From the NCBI GenBank assembly GCA_965218585.1, contig CBDCLE010000009.1:106755-170754 (forward strand): a stretch of 64,000 nt of DNA, written 5' to 3'. This document shows, one piece after another, positions 10,009 to 20,945 of the stretch. The DNA is from Terriglobia bacterium (GTDB lineage Bacteria; Acidobacteriota; Terriglobia; 20CM-2-55-15). The translations under genes and the position numbers were made by a program. The notes below the pieces were generated by a model. It saw only the letters and a list, made by a program, of their open reading frames with translations. It was not told where the DNA came from and did not search any database. Every line of letters begins with the position of its first letter. Positions within the stretch are counted from its first letter, which is position 1.

Positions 10009-10725
10009 GTGACAGAAGACAACGAAGAACAACCGACACCCGGTACCGGTGCGGACGGCGCCGGAGGAGAGAAGACTCCGGAGCCAGCGGCCCCTTCGGC
10101 TAGCGAGGCTGCCAAACCCGACGCTCCTACCGTGCCCAAACCGCCTCCAAAGAAAGCGGCGCCGGCCAAACCCAAGGGACCACAGAAAGAGCCATGGTCC
10201 GATCCTCTGGTGGATGCGGTCAAAGAAAAATTCCCTGATCAGGTTCTCGAGGCCTACACGTTCCTCTCTCAGAGGCAACTCGTGATCAAGAAAGACCGGC
10301 TCACCGACATCATGACTCATCTCCGCCGTAACGAGATCGAGCCTTTCGATTTCCTCAGTGATGAGACAGCCACCCACTGGCCCGAAGAAGAAGAATTCGA
10401 ACTTGTTTATATGTTGTTTTCTTTTGAAACACGAGGCCGTCTTCGCGTGAAGGTGCGCATCAAGGAGTGGGAGCCGATCGAGAGCCTGGTCAGTGTCTGG
10501 CCTGGAGCCGATTGGTTGGAGCGCGAGGCTTATGACATGTTCGGAGTTCAGTTTGCAAACCATCCGAACCTCGAACGCATTCTCTTACCCGAGGACTGGG
10601 TGGGTTTTCCGCTGCGGAAGGACTACGACATCCGTTTACAGGACGTGGAGTGGGTGAGAAAGCACCTGGGTATCGATTCCGGGCAGAAGTTCTATGTGGG
10701 TAAGGCGAAGCATGAGGACGACTGA
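10009..10725 (+). CDS. nuoC: NADH-quinone oxidoreductase subunit C with Pro/Ala/Lys-rich N-terminal extension
   Basis: [32 protein letters not shown]; GTG start. Confidence 0.95.
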   Translation: MTEDNEEQPTPGTGADGAGGEKTPEPAAPSASEAAKPDAPTVPKPPPKKAAPAKPKGPQKEPWSDPLVDAVKEKFPDQVLEAYTFLSQRQLVIKKDRLTDIMTHLRRNEIEPFDFLSDETATHWPEEEEFELVYMLFSFETRGRLRVKVRIKEWEPIESLVSVWPGADWLEREAYDMFGVQFANHPNLERILLPEDWVGFPLRKDYDIRLQDVEWVRKHLGIDSGQKFYVGKAKHEDD

Positions 10726-10736
10726 TTGAGCAGGGT

Positions 10737-11861
10737 ATGACGACACCAACTCACGAACACACCTTATTCGATTCGAACGAAATCACCCTCAGCATGGGGC
10801 CGCAGCATCCGTCTACTCACGGGGTACTGCAGGTCAAGCTCAAGCTTGACGGGGAGAAGGTGATCGACGCGCAATGCGTCATCGGTTTCCTGCATCGGGG
10901 TGTGGAAAAACTTGGAGAACACCAAACCTATGGCCAGTTCGTTCCGACACTGGATCGGATGGACTATATCGCAGCCATATCCAACTGTCTTGGCTACTGT
11001 GAAACGATCGAGAAAATGCTCGAGGTCGAGGCGCCACCCCGTGCGCAGTACGTCCGGGTCATCCTCACCGAACTGAATCGCATTACGAGCCATCTGCTCT
11101 GGTTGGGCACCCACGCGCTGGACATCGGTGCAATGACGGTTTTCCTGTACTGCTTCCGCGAGCGCGAAGAGCTTCTCAAGATCTTTGAAAACTATTGTGG
11201 TGCCCGTCTGACGACCCATGTGTTTCGGGTGGGCGGTCTCCAGTATGAGATCTATGACGGGTTTGAAGACCAGGTTCGCACGTTCATCAAGGATTTCCCG
11301 AAGAAGATCGACGAGTACGAACAGTTACTTACACAGAACAGAATCTGGATTGGCCGGACGCGCGGTGTCGGGGTCCTGACGAAAGAGGAAGCGATAGACC
11401 TGGGTGTCACGGGCCCCTGTCTGCGTGCTTCCGGACTCGAGTGGGATATCCGTAAATCCAATCCTTACGCGGCCTATGCCGAATTTGATTTCGATATTCC
11501 GGTCGGGGAATACGGCGATACGTACGATCGTTACCTCTGCCGGATCGAGGAGCTGCGTCAGTCAAACCGGATCGTTGCCCAAGCCATCGAAAAGATTCCG
11601 GATGGACCGATTAAGGCCAAGGTCGGCAAGATCATCAAGCCGCCAGCCGGAGACGTCTATCATTCGATCGAGGCTCCGAAAGGGGAACTGGGTTACTACG
11701 TGGTGAGCGACCAGACGACGCAGCCCTATCGCGTGCGGGTCCGTCCGCCTTCATTCGTCAACCTTCAGGCTCTGCGTCAGATGGTCAAGGGGCACATGGT
11801 TGCCGATGTTGTGGCGGTTATCGGAACCCTCGATATCGTCCTGGGGGAGATCGATCGTTAA
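10737..11861 (+). CDS. nuoD: NADH-quinone oxidoreductase subunit D
   Basis: [34 protein letters not shown]-terminal GEIDR. Confidence 0.98.
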   Translation: MTTPTHEHTLFDSNEITLSMGPQHPSTHGVLQVKLKLDGEKVIDAQCVIGFLHRGVEKLGEHQTYGQFVPTLDRMDYIAAISNCLGYCETIEKMLEVEAPPRAQYVRVILTELNRITSHLLWLGTHALDIGAMTVFLYCFREREELLKIFENYCGARLTTHVFRVGGLQYEIYDGFEDQVRTFIKDFPKKIDEYEQLLTQNRIWIGRTRGVGVLTKEEAIDLGVTGPCLRASGLEWDIRKSNPYAAYAEFDFDIPVGEYGDTYDRYLCRIEELRQSNRIVAQAIEKIPDGPIKAKVGKIIKPPAGDVYHSIEAPKGELGYYVVSDQTTQPYRVRVRPPSFVNLQALRQMVKGHMVADVVAVIGTLDIVLGEIDR

Positions 11862-11864
11862 GCA

Positions 11865-12899
11865 ATGGACTTTATAGTCGATTTTGTGATCATACCGGCC
11901 ATCAAGATTGGGGTGGTCTTTGGTGTGGTGTCGCTTGTTGTCGCATACCTGACCCTGCTCGAGCGGAAAGTGATTGCGTTCATGCAGGTCCGGCTGGGAC
12001 CGATGCGAGTGGGTCCTTACGGCCTCCTCCAGCCGATCGCCGACGGTCTGAAGCTGATGCTGAAGGAAGACATTGTCCCTTCGGGTGCCGATCGCCTGAT
12101 TTTTACCATGGCGCCGATCATCACGCTTATTCCAGCGTTCATCGTTTTTGCCGTTATTCCTTTCGGGCCCACAATTTCGATTCTGGGACGGGATGTTTCG
12201 TTATACATAACCGATCTCAACATCGGTGTTCTTTATGTCCTCTCGGTATCTTCGATCGGAATCCTCGGTGTGATCCTCGGTGGGTGGGCTTCCAACAGCA
12301 AGTATCCGCTGTTGGGCGCGCTGAGATCGGCTGCTCAGATGGTGAGCTATGAGGTCGCGCTGGGGTTCTCGATTATCGGTGTTCTCTTGCTGGCCGGTTC
12401 TCTGAGTCTCGTAGACATCGTGGAGGCACAGAGAGATTCAGGTTTCTGGTACGTCTTTCTTCAGCCGGTCGGTTTCGCCCTGTTTTTCGTATGCGGTGTC
12501 GCCGAAACAAACCGGGCGCCCTTCGATCTTCCGGAAGCGGAAACGGAACTGGTCGCGGGCTTTCATACCGAATACAGCGGGTTTCGTTTTTTGTTATTCT
12601 TTCTGGCCGAGTACGCCAGCATGATCGTGATCACATCGATGGCGGTCACGCTGTTCTGGGGCGGATGGCTGCGTCCATTTCCGAACGTTGCGGCATTAAG
12701 CTTTCTGGATCTGATCCCCGGGGTTGCCTGGTTCGGACTGAAAGTCCTCATCTTTTTGTATTTCTACCTGTGGTTCCGGGCCTCATGGCCCCGGTACCGC
12801 TACGATCAGCTCATGAACGTGGGCTGGCTTTATCTCTTGCCGATAGCGATCGCCAACGTCGTCGTTACAGCTGTTCTGGCGCTGGTGTTGAGGGGATAG
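11865..12899 (+). CDS. nuoH: NADH-quinone oxidoreductase subunit H
   Basis: ERK...RLGP, QPIADGLKL, AETNRAPFDLPEAE, PRYRYDQLM. Confidence 0.98.
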   Translation: MDFIVDFVIIPAIKIGVVFGVVSLVVAYLTLLERKVIAFMQVRLGPMRVGPYGLLQPIADGLKLMLKEDIVPSGADRLIFTMAPIITLIPAFIVFAVIPFGPTISILGRDVSLYITDLNIGVLYVLSVSSIGILGVILGGWASNSKYPLLGALRSAAQMVSYEVALGFSIIGVLLLAGSLSLVDIVEAQRDSGFWYVFLQPVGFALFFVCGVAETNRAPFDLPEAETELVAGFHTEYSGFRFLLFFLAEYASMIVITSMAVTLFWGGWLRPFPNVAALSFLDLIPGVAWFGLKVLIFLYFYLWFRASWPRYRYDQLMNVGWLYLLPIAIANVVVTAVLALVLRG

Positions 12900-12903
12900 G
12901 TAC

Positions 12904-13377
12904 ATGAAGGTAGCTCGTTCAGAAAAACTGTCACTGCTGAAGAAGATATTCATGGTCGATCTGATCAAGGGATTGATGCTGACGTTTTCCTACCAGCGTC
13001 CTTCGGCCAATTACACCGAGCAGTATCCCAAGGTGCGGCCCAAGGTTGCCGAGCGTTTTCGCGGGGCACCGCGGCTGAACAACGATCCGGGGACGGGGGA
13101 GACCCTTTGCATTGCCTGTAACCTCTGCGCCCTGGCGTGTCCGGAGTATTGCATTGAGGTCGGTTGGGAGCGGACCGAGGCGGGGAAGAAGGCGCTGACA
13201 ACTTTTATCTTTGATATTTCCAGGTGCATGTTCTGTGGCCTCTGTGAGGATGCGTGTCCGACTCCTTGCCTGGAACTTACGCAGGATTTCGAGTTGGCAC
13301 TCTATGGCCGTAAGGACATGAAGTGGGATCGTCAAAAACTGGAAGAGGGCAATCAGCCCGTTCTGTATTCGAAGTGA
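12904..13377 (+). CDS. nuoI: NADH-quinone oxidoreductase subunit I
   Basis: Two CxxCxxCxxxCP motifs; RFRG. Confidence 0.96.
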   Translation: MKVARSEKLSLLKKIFMVDLIKGLMLTFSYQRPSANYTEQYPKVRPKVAERFRGAPRLNNDPGTGETLCIACNLCALACPEYCIEVGWERTEAGKKALTTFIFDISRCMFCGLCEDACPTPCLELTQDFELALYGRKDMKWDRQKLEEGNQPVLYSK

Positions 13378-13399
13378 TTGAATCTCGCGGTTCTGTTGA

Positions 13400-13936
13400 A
13401 TGCTTGAACTGATCGTTTTCTATACGTTTGCGGCTGTTGCAGTGGTTTCGGCCATTCTGGTGATCACGCGCCAGAATGCTGTTCACAGCGCAATGTTCCT
13501 GGCTGCCACGCTCTTGTCAGTCGCCGGTGTGTTTCTGAGTCTGAATGCCGAGTTTCTTGCGGGCGTTCAGGTCATCGTCTACGTGGGTGGAATACTCGTC
13601 CTCTTCGTGTTTGTCATCATGTTGGTGCCGACCGATCGCGCTGTTTTCGAGCGCCGGTACAACAGGCAGGGGAAAGTCGCACTGGCTGTCGCGGCCGTCC
13701 TGATCGCAGAGTTGGCGTATGGCTTCTACAGCGGGGCCGATCTCGAGTTTGCCGACCCCGTCGGAGAGGCTGTCGTGGAAGGCAACAGCCAGTGGGTGGG
13801 CACGGTTCTGTATCAGAATTACTTATTACCTTTTGAGATTGCTTCGATACTGCTCCTCGTGGCTATTATCGGCGCGGTTGTTCTCTCAAAGAAGCCGCCT
13901 GCGGAGGAGAAGGCCGAGCAGGCCGCAGGCGATTAG
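13400..13936 (+). CDS. nuoJ: NADH-quinone oxidoreductase subunit J
   Basis: AEFLAGVQVIVYVGGI, YLLPFEIASILLL. Confidence 0.96.
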   Translation: MLELIVFYTFAAVAVVSAILVITRQNAVHSAMFLAATLLSVAGVFLSLNAEFLAGVQVIVYVGGILVLFVFVIMLVPTDRAVFERRYNRQGKVALAVAAVLIAELAYGFYSGADLEFADPVGEAVVEGNSQWVGTVLYQNYLLPFEIASILLLVAIIGAVVLSKKPPAEEKAEQAAGD

Positions 13937-13948
13937 CGAACGGAAATC

Positions 13949-14251
13949 ATGGTACCTGTACATCACTACCTTCTTCTGGGCGTCGCGCTGTTTACGATTG
14001 GCGTGATCGGCGTTCTCACCAGACGAAACGTTCTGATCATTTTGATGTCCATCGAATTGATGATGAACGCTGTCAACATCAATCTCATCGCGTTTTCCGC
14101 ACAGTTGCAGCACGTCACGGGGCAGGTGTTTGCCGTCTTCGTCATAGTTGTGGCCGCCGCAGAGGCTGCCGTGGGTCTGGGGATCGTGATCGCGATGTTT
14201 GCGAACAAGGAAACCGTCAACGTCAGCGAAATTGATTTGATGAAGTGGTAG
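13949..14251 (+). CDS. nuoK: NADH-quinone oxidoreductase subunit K
   Basis: RRN....[18 protein letters not shown]. Confidence 0.97.
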   Translation: MVPVHHYLLLGVALFTIGVIGVLTRRNVLIILMSIELMMNAVNINLIAFSAQLQHVTGQVFAVFVIVVAAAEAAVGLGIVIAMFANKETVNVSEIDLMKW

Positions 14252-14254
14252 GTC

Positions 14255-14279
14255 GTGCGGTCATAGACCGCACCTACAG
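14255..14279 (-). repeat. GTAG-type REP, single copy
   Basis: Reverse complement CTGTAGGTGCGGTCTATGACCGCAC matches the REPs at 3560 and 7652 with a compensatory change. Confidence 0.8.
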
Positions 14280-14285
14280 CGATTT

Positions 14286-16343
14286 ATGAATTTTCTGGAC
14301 CAAATCTGGCTTATCCCGTTATTTCCGGCCCTCGGGTTTGTAATAAACGGGCTGTTCGGAAAGCGGATGCCCAAGGCGGCGGTCAATACCATAGGCTGCG
14401 GCTCGGTCCTGCTGTCATTCGTCTACTCGTTGGGTGCCGTTCTTCAGTTGATCGGCCTCGAAGAAGAAGCCCGTTCGCATTCGGTCACCGTGTTCGAATG
14501 GATCAATGCGGGTGCCGCACATACCTCAACGGGAGCACTGACACAGTTCGAAATCGCCTGGGGTTTCCTGCTGGATCCTCTTTCAGCGGTCATGGTGCTG
14601 GTCGTTACCGGAATTGGATTTCTCATCCACGTTTATTCCACCGGGTACATGGCCCACGAAGACGGGTACTATCGATTCTTTGCCTACCTGAACCTGTTCA
14701 TGTTCTCCATGCTGACGCTCGTTCTAGGCAGCAACTACCTGATGCTGTTCGTCGGATGGGAAGGTGTGGGCCTCTGTTCTTATCTGCTGATCGGTTTTTT
14801 TATCACCAAGAAAAGTGCAGGTGATGCCGCCAAGAAGGCCTTTGTCGTAAACCGCGTAGGGGACTGGGGATTTTCGATCGGCATCATGCTGATCTTCTTC
14901 ACCTTCGGCACGCTCGAGTTTACCGGCGTCAACGAGGCGATTCATGCCGGTGTTGAAGAGGGTCTGTATCACGCCGGTGACCTGATCTTTGTCGGGATTG
15001 CAATCGCGCTGTTTATCGGTGCGACTGGAAAGTCCGCGCAGATACCTCTTTACGTCTGGTTGCCTGACGCGATGGAAGGTCCGACACCAGTCAGTGCCCT
15101 GATCCACGCAGCCACCATGGTAACGGCCGGTGTGTACATGGTGGCCCGCAGCAACTTCATTTACCAGTTGGCGCCCTCAGCGATGCTGCTCGTGGCCGTC
15201 GTAGGGGCATTGACGGCGTTGATGGCGGCGTCAATCGGTCTGGTCCAGAACGACATCAAACGGGTCCTGGCTTATTCGACGGTGAGTCAACTGGGATACA
15301 TGGTTCTGGCTCTTGGAGTCGGTGCTTTTGGAGCGAGTATCTTCCACCTCATGACGCACGCGTTCTTCAAAGCTCTCCTCTTCCTGGGTTCGGGCAGTGT
15401 CATCCTTTCGGTGCATCACGAGCAAGACATGCGGAAGATGGGTTCGCTCAGGAAGAAGATACCGATTACGTTTGCGACGATGGCGATAGGTACGCTGGCG
15501 ATCGCGGGAACACCCCTGTTGAGCGGTTTCTTTTCTAAAGACGAAATCCTCTGGCGGACCTTCTCGAATCCGCAAGGGAATATCGTTCTGTACGGTATTG
15601 GTATGGTTGTCGCGGGGATGACAGCATTCTACATGTTTCGCATGCTGTTCATGACGTTCTTTGGAGAGTCGCGTGTAGATCCTCACGTGGAGGTGCACGA
15701 ATCGTCGAAATCGATGACGATCCCATTGATCGTCCTGGCTATCGGAGCCGTGCTTGCGGGCTATATCGGTCTGCCTGCGTGGCTCGCTGAAACCAATACC
15801 TTTGAGCACTTCCTGGATCCGGTCTTTGAACCACTCCCGTTCGAAGCAGCCGAGGGTGGGGAAGAGGTTGCCGAATACTCACACGCGTTCGAAGCAGGCA
15901 TGGCTGCGTTTTCTGTCCTCGTTGCATTTATCGGATTTTTCATCGCTTACTCGATGTACTACAAGAAGAGTGGTCGCGCTCAGGAGCTCGCTGCACAGTA
16001 CAAGGGCGCCTACCAGGCTCTGCTGAACAAGTACTACGTCGACGAACTCTATGACTTTCTTTTCGTCAACCGCTCGAAAGGCTTTGGCAATGGTCTGTGG
16101 CGGTTCGATGCCAGATACGTCGATGGAGCGGTCAATCGTTCTGCCTGGGCGACGGTGAAGAGCGCCGACGGTTCGGGCTGGTGGGACCGTTGGGTCGTGG
16201 ACGGTGCCGTCCGTTTTGTCGGCGGTTTTGTGAAAACGTTCAGTTGGCCGATGCGGCTGATTCAGACCGGCTATGTCCAGAACTACGCGCTAATGATGAT
16301 CCTTGGCGTGCTGGTCTTTGTCGGGTACGTTCTTTGGGGTTAA
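14286..16343 (+). CDS. nuoL: NADH-quinone oxidoreductase subunit L
   Basis: GWEGVGLCSYLLIGF, GKSAQIPLYVWLPDAMEGPTPVSALIHAATMV. Confidence 0.98.
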   Translation: MNFLDQIWLIPLFPALGFVINGLFGKRMPKAAVNTIGCGSVLLSFVYSLGAVLQLIGLEEEARSHSVTVFEWINAGAAHTSTGALTQFEIAWGFLLDPLSAVMVLVVTGIGFLIHVYSTGYMAHEDGYYRFFAYLNLFMFSMLTLVLGSNYLMLFVGWEGVGLCSYLLIGFFITKKSAGDAAKKAFVVNRVGDWGFSIGIMLIFFTFGTLEFTGVNEAIHAGVEEGLYHAGDLIFVGIAIALFIGATGKSAQIPLYVWLPDAMEGPTPVSALIHAATMVTAGVYMVARSNFIYQLAPSAMLLVAVVGALTALMAASIGLVQNDIKRVLAYSTVSQLGYMVLALGVGAFGASIFHLMTHAFFKALLFLGSGSVILSVHHEQDMRKMGSLRKKIPITFATMAIGTLAIAGTPLLSGFFSKDEILWRTFSNPQGNIVLYGIGMVVAGMTAFYMFRMLFMTFFGESRVDPHVEVHESSKSMTIPLIVLAIGAVLAGYIGLPAWLAETNTFEHFLDPVFEPLPFEAAEGGEEVAEYSHAFEAGMAAFSVLVAFIGFFIAYSMYYKKSGRAQELAAQYKGAYQALLNKYYVDELYDFLFVNRSKGFGNGLWRFDARYVDGAVNRSAWATVKSADGSGWWDRWVVDGAVRFVGGFVKTFSWPMRLIQTGYVQNYALMMILGVLVFVGYVLWG

Positions 16344-16358
16344 CGGGAGTTTCGATAC

Positions 16359-18002
16359 ATGGGCTTTTTTAGAACACACATCCTGACCATCGTGGCCTTC
16401 CTGCCTCTGGCTGGGGCGATCGCCCTCATGTTCTTCAACAAGGAGAACAAGGGAGCGATCCGTCTGTGGGCCAACCTCGTCGCCCTGGCAGGCTTTCTGG
16501 TGTCGGTCCCTCTGTTCTTCTGGTTCGACTATGACAACAGCGGAGAAATGCAGTTCGTCGAAAGTGTTCCATGGATCGACGCTTTAGGTGTGCGGTACTC
16601 GGTGGGCATAGACGGCATCAGCCTGCTACTTATACTTCTGACGACGATGCTGGGCAGCATTGCGATCCTCTCCTCCTGGGAATCTATCCAGGACCGGGCC
16701 AAGGAATACTACATCTTCATGTTGATGTTGCAGACCGGTATGCTCGGGGTCTTCGTCGCCATGGACTTCTTCATGTTCTACGTGTTTTGGGAAGTCATGC
16801 TCGTGCCGATGTATTTCCTTATAGGTGTCTGGGGTGGGCCTCGGAAACTGTATGCAGCCATCAAGTTCTTCCTTTATACCTTGGTCGGATCGGTATTGCT
16901 CCTGCTGGGAATCCTGGCGCTGTACTTCCAGTATCCTTCCATAGCGGCGACAGTTCCCGAGATTGCGAACCAGTTCGGACTCGACTACACGTTTGATATT
17001 CTTGCGTTCCAGTCAATGGGCCAGTTCCTTTCTTTCGACGTCCAGTATTGGATTTTCATCGTGTTCTTTGTGGGATTCGCGATCAAGGTGCCGATGTTCC
17101 CGTTCCATACGTGGCTTCCGGATGCGCACGTCCAGGCGCCAACGGCGGGTTCGGTCATACTGGCCGGAGTTCTGTTGAAAATGGGAACTTACGGTTTTGT
17201 CCGCTTCAGCCTGCCGATCCTTCCTGAAGCTACCGTGTATTTCGTACCTCACATGATCGCACTGTCAATCATCGCGATCATTTATGGCGCACTCGTCGCG
17301 ATGATGCAGAAGGATATGAAGAGCCTTGTCGCCTACTCTTCTGTCAGCCACATGGGATTTGTGATGCTGGGTATGTTCGCGCTGAATCCCAACGGGTTGA
17401 ACGGCAGCATTCTCCAGCAGATCAACCACGGTATCTCGACAGGCGCCCTCTTCCTTATCGTGGGCATCATTTACGATCGGCGGCACACACGCGAGATCTC
17501 CGAGTTCGGCGGACTGTCGACGATCATGCCCGTCTATGCGACTGTGTTTCTGATCATGACGATGTCTTCGATCGGACTCCCACTTCTCAATGGTTTCATT
17601 GGAGAGTTTACGATTCTGCAGGGGGCACTTCAGGAGAACCTCTGGTGGGCTGTAGCAGGCGCATCGGGAATCGTTCTGGGAGCTGCGTACATGCTCTGGC
17701 TCTATCAACGGACAATGTTCGGGGAACTCGACAATCCCAAGAACGAGAAGTTGCTTGATATGAATCTGAGGGAGCTCGTTACGCTGGTTCCGCTCATCAT
17801 AATGGCTTTTTGGATTGGCATATATCCAGCACCGTTCTTCAGGGCACTCGATGGTCCTGTCAACAAGCTTGTGGAGACGGTCCGGCCGGGATACTTCGAT
17901 GCAAACCCGCTCGAAGCCCGTAACGTGGAGATTGTCCTGCCAGTCGACGAGGTCCCCGAGTCGGAGACCCCAGAAGAGTCAGCAGACGGAGCAGACGATT
18001 AA
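16359..18002 (+). CDS. nuoM: NADH-quinone oxidoreductase subunit M
   Basis: FYVFWE, KVPMFPFHTWLPDAHVQAPTAGS, LLKMG. Confidence 0.98.
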   Translation: MGFFRTHILTIVAFLPLAGAIALMFFNKENKGAIRLWANLVALAGFLVSVPLFFWFDYDNSGEMQFVESVPWIDALGVRYSVGIDGISLLLILLTTMLGSIAILSSWESIQDRAKEYYIFMLMLQTGMLGVFVAMDFFMFYVFWEVMLVPMYFLIGVWGGPRKLYAAIKFFLYTLVGSVLLLLGILALYFQYPSIAATVPEIANQFGLDYTFDILAFQSMGQFLSFDVQYWIFIVFFVGFAIKVPMFPFHTWLPDAHVQAPTAGSVILAGVLLKMGTYGFVRFSLPILPEATVYFVPHMIALSIIAIIYGALVAMMQKDMKSLVAYSSVSHMGFVMLGMFALNPNGLNGSILQQINHGISTGALFLIVGIIYDRRHTREISEFGGLSTIMPVYATVFLIMTMSSIGLPLLNGFIGEFTILQGALQENLWWAVAGASGIVLGAAYMLWLYQRTMFGELDNPKNEKLLDMNLRELVTLVPLIIMAFWIGIYPAPFFRALDGPVNKLVETVRPGYFDANPLEARNVEIVLPVDEVPESETPEESADGADD

Positions 18003-19442
18003 GTGGGCGAGTTTTTTCAATTACAGGATCTGGCCGCGATCGCACCCGAGCTCGCACTGACGATTTTCGGGCTCGCGTTGCTGATGTTCGATTTGATCGT
18101 CCACGAGAAACACAAGCTGGGATACGTTGGCCTGGCGGGGCTATTTGTTTCAGCGATTCTCTTGTTCCGGCTTGAGGGCGTCAACATATCCGCCTACGGA
18201 GGCCAGCTGGCGGTCGATCCGTTTGCCGCTTATTTCAAGTTTCTGTTCCTGATCGCAGGAGGTCTTGCGATCGGTATGTCGATGCGCTACCTGGATGTAG
18301 AGCGGGAGCAACACGGGGAGTACTACGCCCTCATCCTTTTTGCCACGATGGGCATGATGTTCATGGCTGGCGGCACGGACTTGGTGACGTTGTACATCGG
18401 CCTGGAGACTATGGCCATCGCGACCTACATTCTCGTCGGTTTCCTGCGCGGCAGCCAGCGATCGAATGAAGCTGCGTTGAAGTATTTCCTTCTGGGCGCC
18501 TTCTCTTCGGGTGTTCTGCTCTACGGCATGTCGTTGCTCTACGGCATCTCGGGCTCGACAAACCTGGTGGAGATTGCGGACGCCCTGACACGCAGGCCTG
18601 CGAGCGACCCCATCTCTTTGGTCGCGATGATTACTGTAGCTGCAGGGCTTTTCTTCAAGATTGCCGCCGTTCCGTTCCATCAGTGGACACCCGACGCCTA
18701 TGAAGGGGCGCCGACTTCCGTTACGGCGTACATGTCGGTGGCGGTAAAGGCGGCCTCGTTTGCGATGATGGTTCGCATCTTCATGGTTGCGATCTATCCA
18801 CTCCGCGATCAGTGGGTGCCGGTTCTTACGGCTGTGGCTGTCATGACCATCACCGTCGGTAACGTTGCGGCACTGACCCAGACCAACGTCAAACGTTTGC
18901 TGGCGTATTCCTCCATTTCCCATGCGGGATTTGTTCTTCTCGGCCTGATCGCGGGCAACGACACCGGTATGACGGCTATCGTGATGTACCTGTTCGTCTA
19001 CACGTTCATGAACCTTGGAGCATGGTCTATTATCGTCGGGCTGCGCCGTCAGGATGTGATCGGCGAGCATGTCGAAGACCTCAACGGACTCTTCTTCAAG
19101 CACTCCACAGCAGCGGTCCTGATGTTGGTGTTTATGTTATCGCTTGCCGGGATACCGCCTACGGCTGGCTTTATCGCCAAGTATTACCTGTTCGCTTCAG
19201 TGATCGAGACCGGACACACGACTCTGGCCGTCATTGCAGCACTGAACGTTGCCATCGGGCTGTACTACTACATGCGGATCGTCGTAGCGATGTTCATGTC
19301 CGAAGCGACGGAGAAGACCGGTTTGACGCTGTCGCCGGGCCTGGTTTCGGTTCTGGCTGTCACTCTGATTCTCACCCTGTTCATCGGCCTCTATCCAGAT
19401 CCCTTCATCACGATGGCACGGACGGCCACGCAAGGCTTCTGA
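18003..19442 (+). CDS. nuoN: NADH-quinone oxidoreductase subunit N
   Basis: EAALKYFLLGA, FKIAAVPFHQWTPDAYEGAP, KRLLAYSSISHAG; GTG start abuts nuoM stop. Confidence 0.98.
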   Translation: MGEFFQLQDLAAIAPELALTIFGLALLMFDLIVHEKHKLGYVGLAGLFVSAILLFRLEGVNISAYGGQLAVDPFAAYFKFLFLIAGGLAIGMSMRYLDVEREQHGEYYALILFATMGMMFMAGGTDLVTLYIGLETMAIATYILVGFLRGSQRSNEAALKYFLLGAFSSGVLLYGMSLLYGISGSTNLVEIADALTRRPASDPISLVAMITVAAGLFFKIAAVPFHQWTPDAYEGAPTSVTAYMSVAVKAASFAMMVRIFMVAIYPLRDQWVPVLTAVAVMTITVGNVAALTQTNVKRLLAYSSISHAGFVLLGLIAGNDTGMTAIVMYLFVYTFMNLGAWSIIVGLRRQDVIGEHVEDLNGLFFKHSTAAVLMLVFMLSLAGIPPTAGFIAKYYLFASVIETGHTTLAVIAALNVAIGLYYYMRIVVAMFMSEATEKTGLTLSPGLVSVLAVTLILTLFIGLYPDPFITMARTATQGF

Positions 19443-19478
19443 AGCGCTGGTTAGCGGATTCGATTCCCTGAGTCGCGA

Positions 19479-20945
19479 ATGGCCACTCTTCCCATCTATC
19501 GGGCTTCACTCTCTCTCCTGACCGATCTCTACGAGCTCACGATGGCGTATTCCTACTGGAAGACCGGGATAGCCGAGCGGGAGGCCGTCTTTGGTCTGTT
19601 TTTCAGAAAACATCCATTCGGAGGGGGCTATACCATCGCAGCAGGTCTGGAGTCGGTCGTCGAGTGGATCGACGAACTGGCGTTTACCGATGACGATTGC
19701 GCCTATCTCGGGCAGCTGACCGGAAACGATGGTCAACCTCTGTTTGACCCGGAATTCCTCGACTACCTGGTGAGTATGGAGTTTGCCTGCGACGTGGATG
19801 CGGTTCCTGAGGGTACCGTGGTTTTTCCACGACAACCCCTCGTGAGAGTGACGGGTCCGATTCTGCAATGCCAGATTCTGGAAACGGCGCTTCTGAACCT
19901 GATGAACTTTCAATCCCTGATCGCGACGAAGGCCGCCCGCGTTTCGAAGGCCGCCCGCGGAGATCCTGTTATCGAGTTCGGATTGCGGCGAGCGCAAGGC
20001 ATCGATGGTGGTCTGACGGCGAGCCGAGCCGCTTATCTCGGAGGGTGCGCGGCTACCTCCAATCTTCTGGCGGGAAAGTTGTTCGGTATTCCCGTGAAGG
20101 GGACCCTCGCCCACAGTTGGGTCATGTGTTTCGACACCGAACTGGAATCGTTCGAGAGATATGCGGCAGCGATGCCCAACAACTGCGTCTTCCTCGTAGA
20201 CACATACGATTCGCTGGAAGGCGTTCGCCACGCCATTACAGCCGGCGGCAAGCTTCGGGAAATGGGGCACCGGATGATGGGCATACGACTGGATTCGGGC
20301 GATCTCGCGTATCTGAGTATCGAAGCCCGGCGGATGCTGGACGACGCAGGATTTTCCGAATCAGTCATTCTTGCCAGCAACAACCTGGACGAAAGCGTGA
20401 TCACAAGTCTGAAGGAGCAGGGCGCCACGATCAGTGTCTGGGGCGTGGGTACTCATCTGGTGACCGCGTTCGACGAACCGGCACTGGGCGGCGTCTATAA
20501 GCTGACTGCGGTCCGGGACGATCCTGACGAGCAGTGGAACTATCGACTCAAGCTCTCCGAGCAGGTGAACAAGGCGTCTATTCCCGGGGTCCTGCAGGTA
20601 CGGCGTTTTTCAAGGGACGGCGAGTTTCTGGCCGATGTCATCTATGACACCCAACTCGGGCTTCCCGATCCTGTTGTCGCTGTGGACCCCATTGATGCGA
20701 CTCGAAGAAAGCAGATTCCTGCCGACGCATCCCAATCGGATCTCCTGCTTCCTGTGTTTCGGGGCGGGCAGCGCGTTGGGAGGCTGCCCGAGCTTGAAGA
20801 AGCCAGATCCCACTGCAGATCACAGCTCGACGGACTCCACACTGGCATCAAGCGGTTTGTAAATCCTCATGACTATCCTGCCGGCGTTGCGGAAAACCTC
20901 TTCGAACTTCGGAATCGCATGATACTGGAACTCAAGAAACGATGA
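19479..20945 (+). CDS. pncB: Nicotinate phosphoribosyltransferase
   Basis: LLTDLYELTM, EFGLRR, GTLAHSW, LVDTYD, IRLDSGD, GGVYKL. Confidence 0.96.
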   Translation: MATLPIYRASLSLLTDLYELTMAYSYWKTGIAEREAVFGLFFRKHPFGGGYTIAAGLESVVEWIDELAFTDDDCAYLGQLTGNDGQPLFDPEFLDYLVSMEFACDVDAVPEGTVVFPRQPLVRVTGPILQCQILETALLNLMNFQSLIATKAARVSKAARGDPVIEFGLRRAQGIDGGLTASRAAYLGGCAATSNLLAGKLFGIPVKGTLAHSWVMCFDTELESFERYAAAMPNNCVFLVDTYDSLEGVRHAITAGGKLREMGHRMMGIRLDSGDLAYLSIEARRMLDDAGFSESVILASNNLDESVITSLKEQGATISVWGVGTHLVTAFDEPALGGVYKLTAVRDDPDEQWNYRLKLSEQVNKASIPGVLQVRRFSRDGEFLADVIYDTQLGLPDPVVAVDPIDATRRKQIPADASQSDLLLPVFRGGQRVGRLPELEEARSHCRSQLDGLHTGIKRFVNPHDYPAGVAENLFELRNRMILELKKR

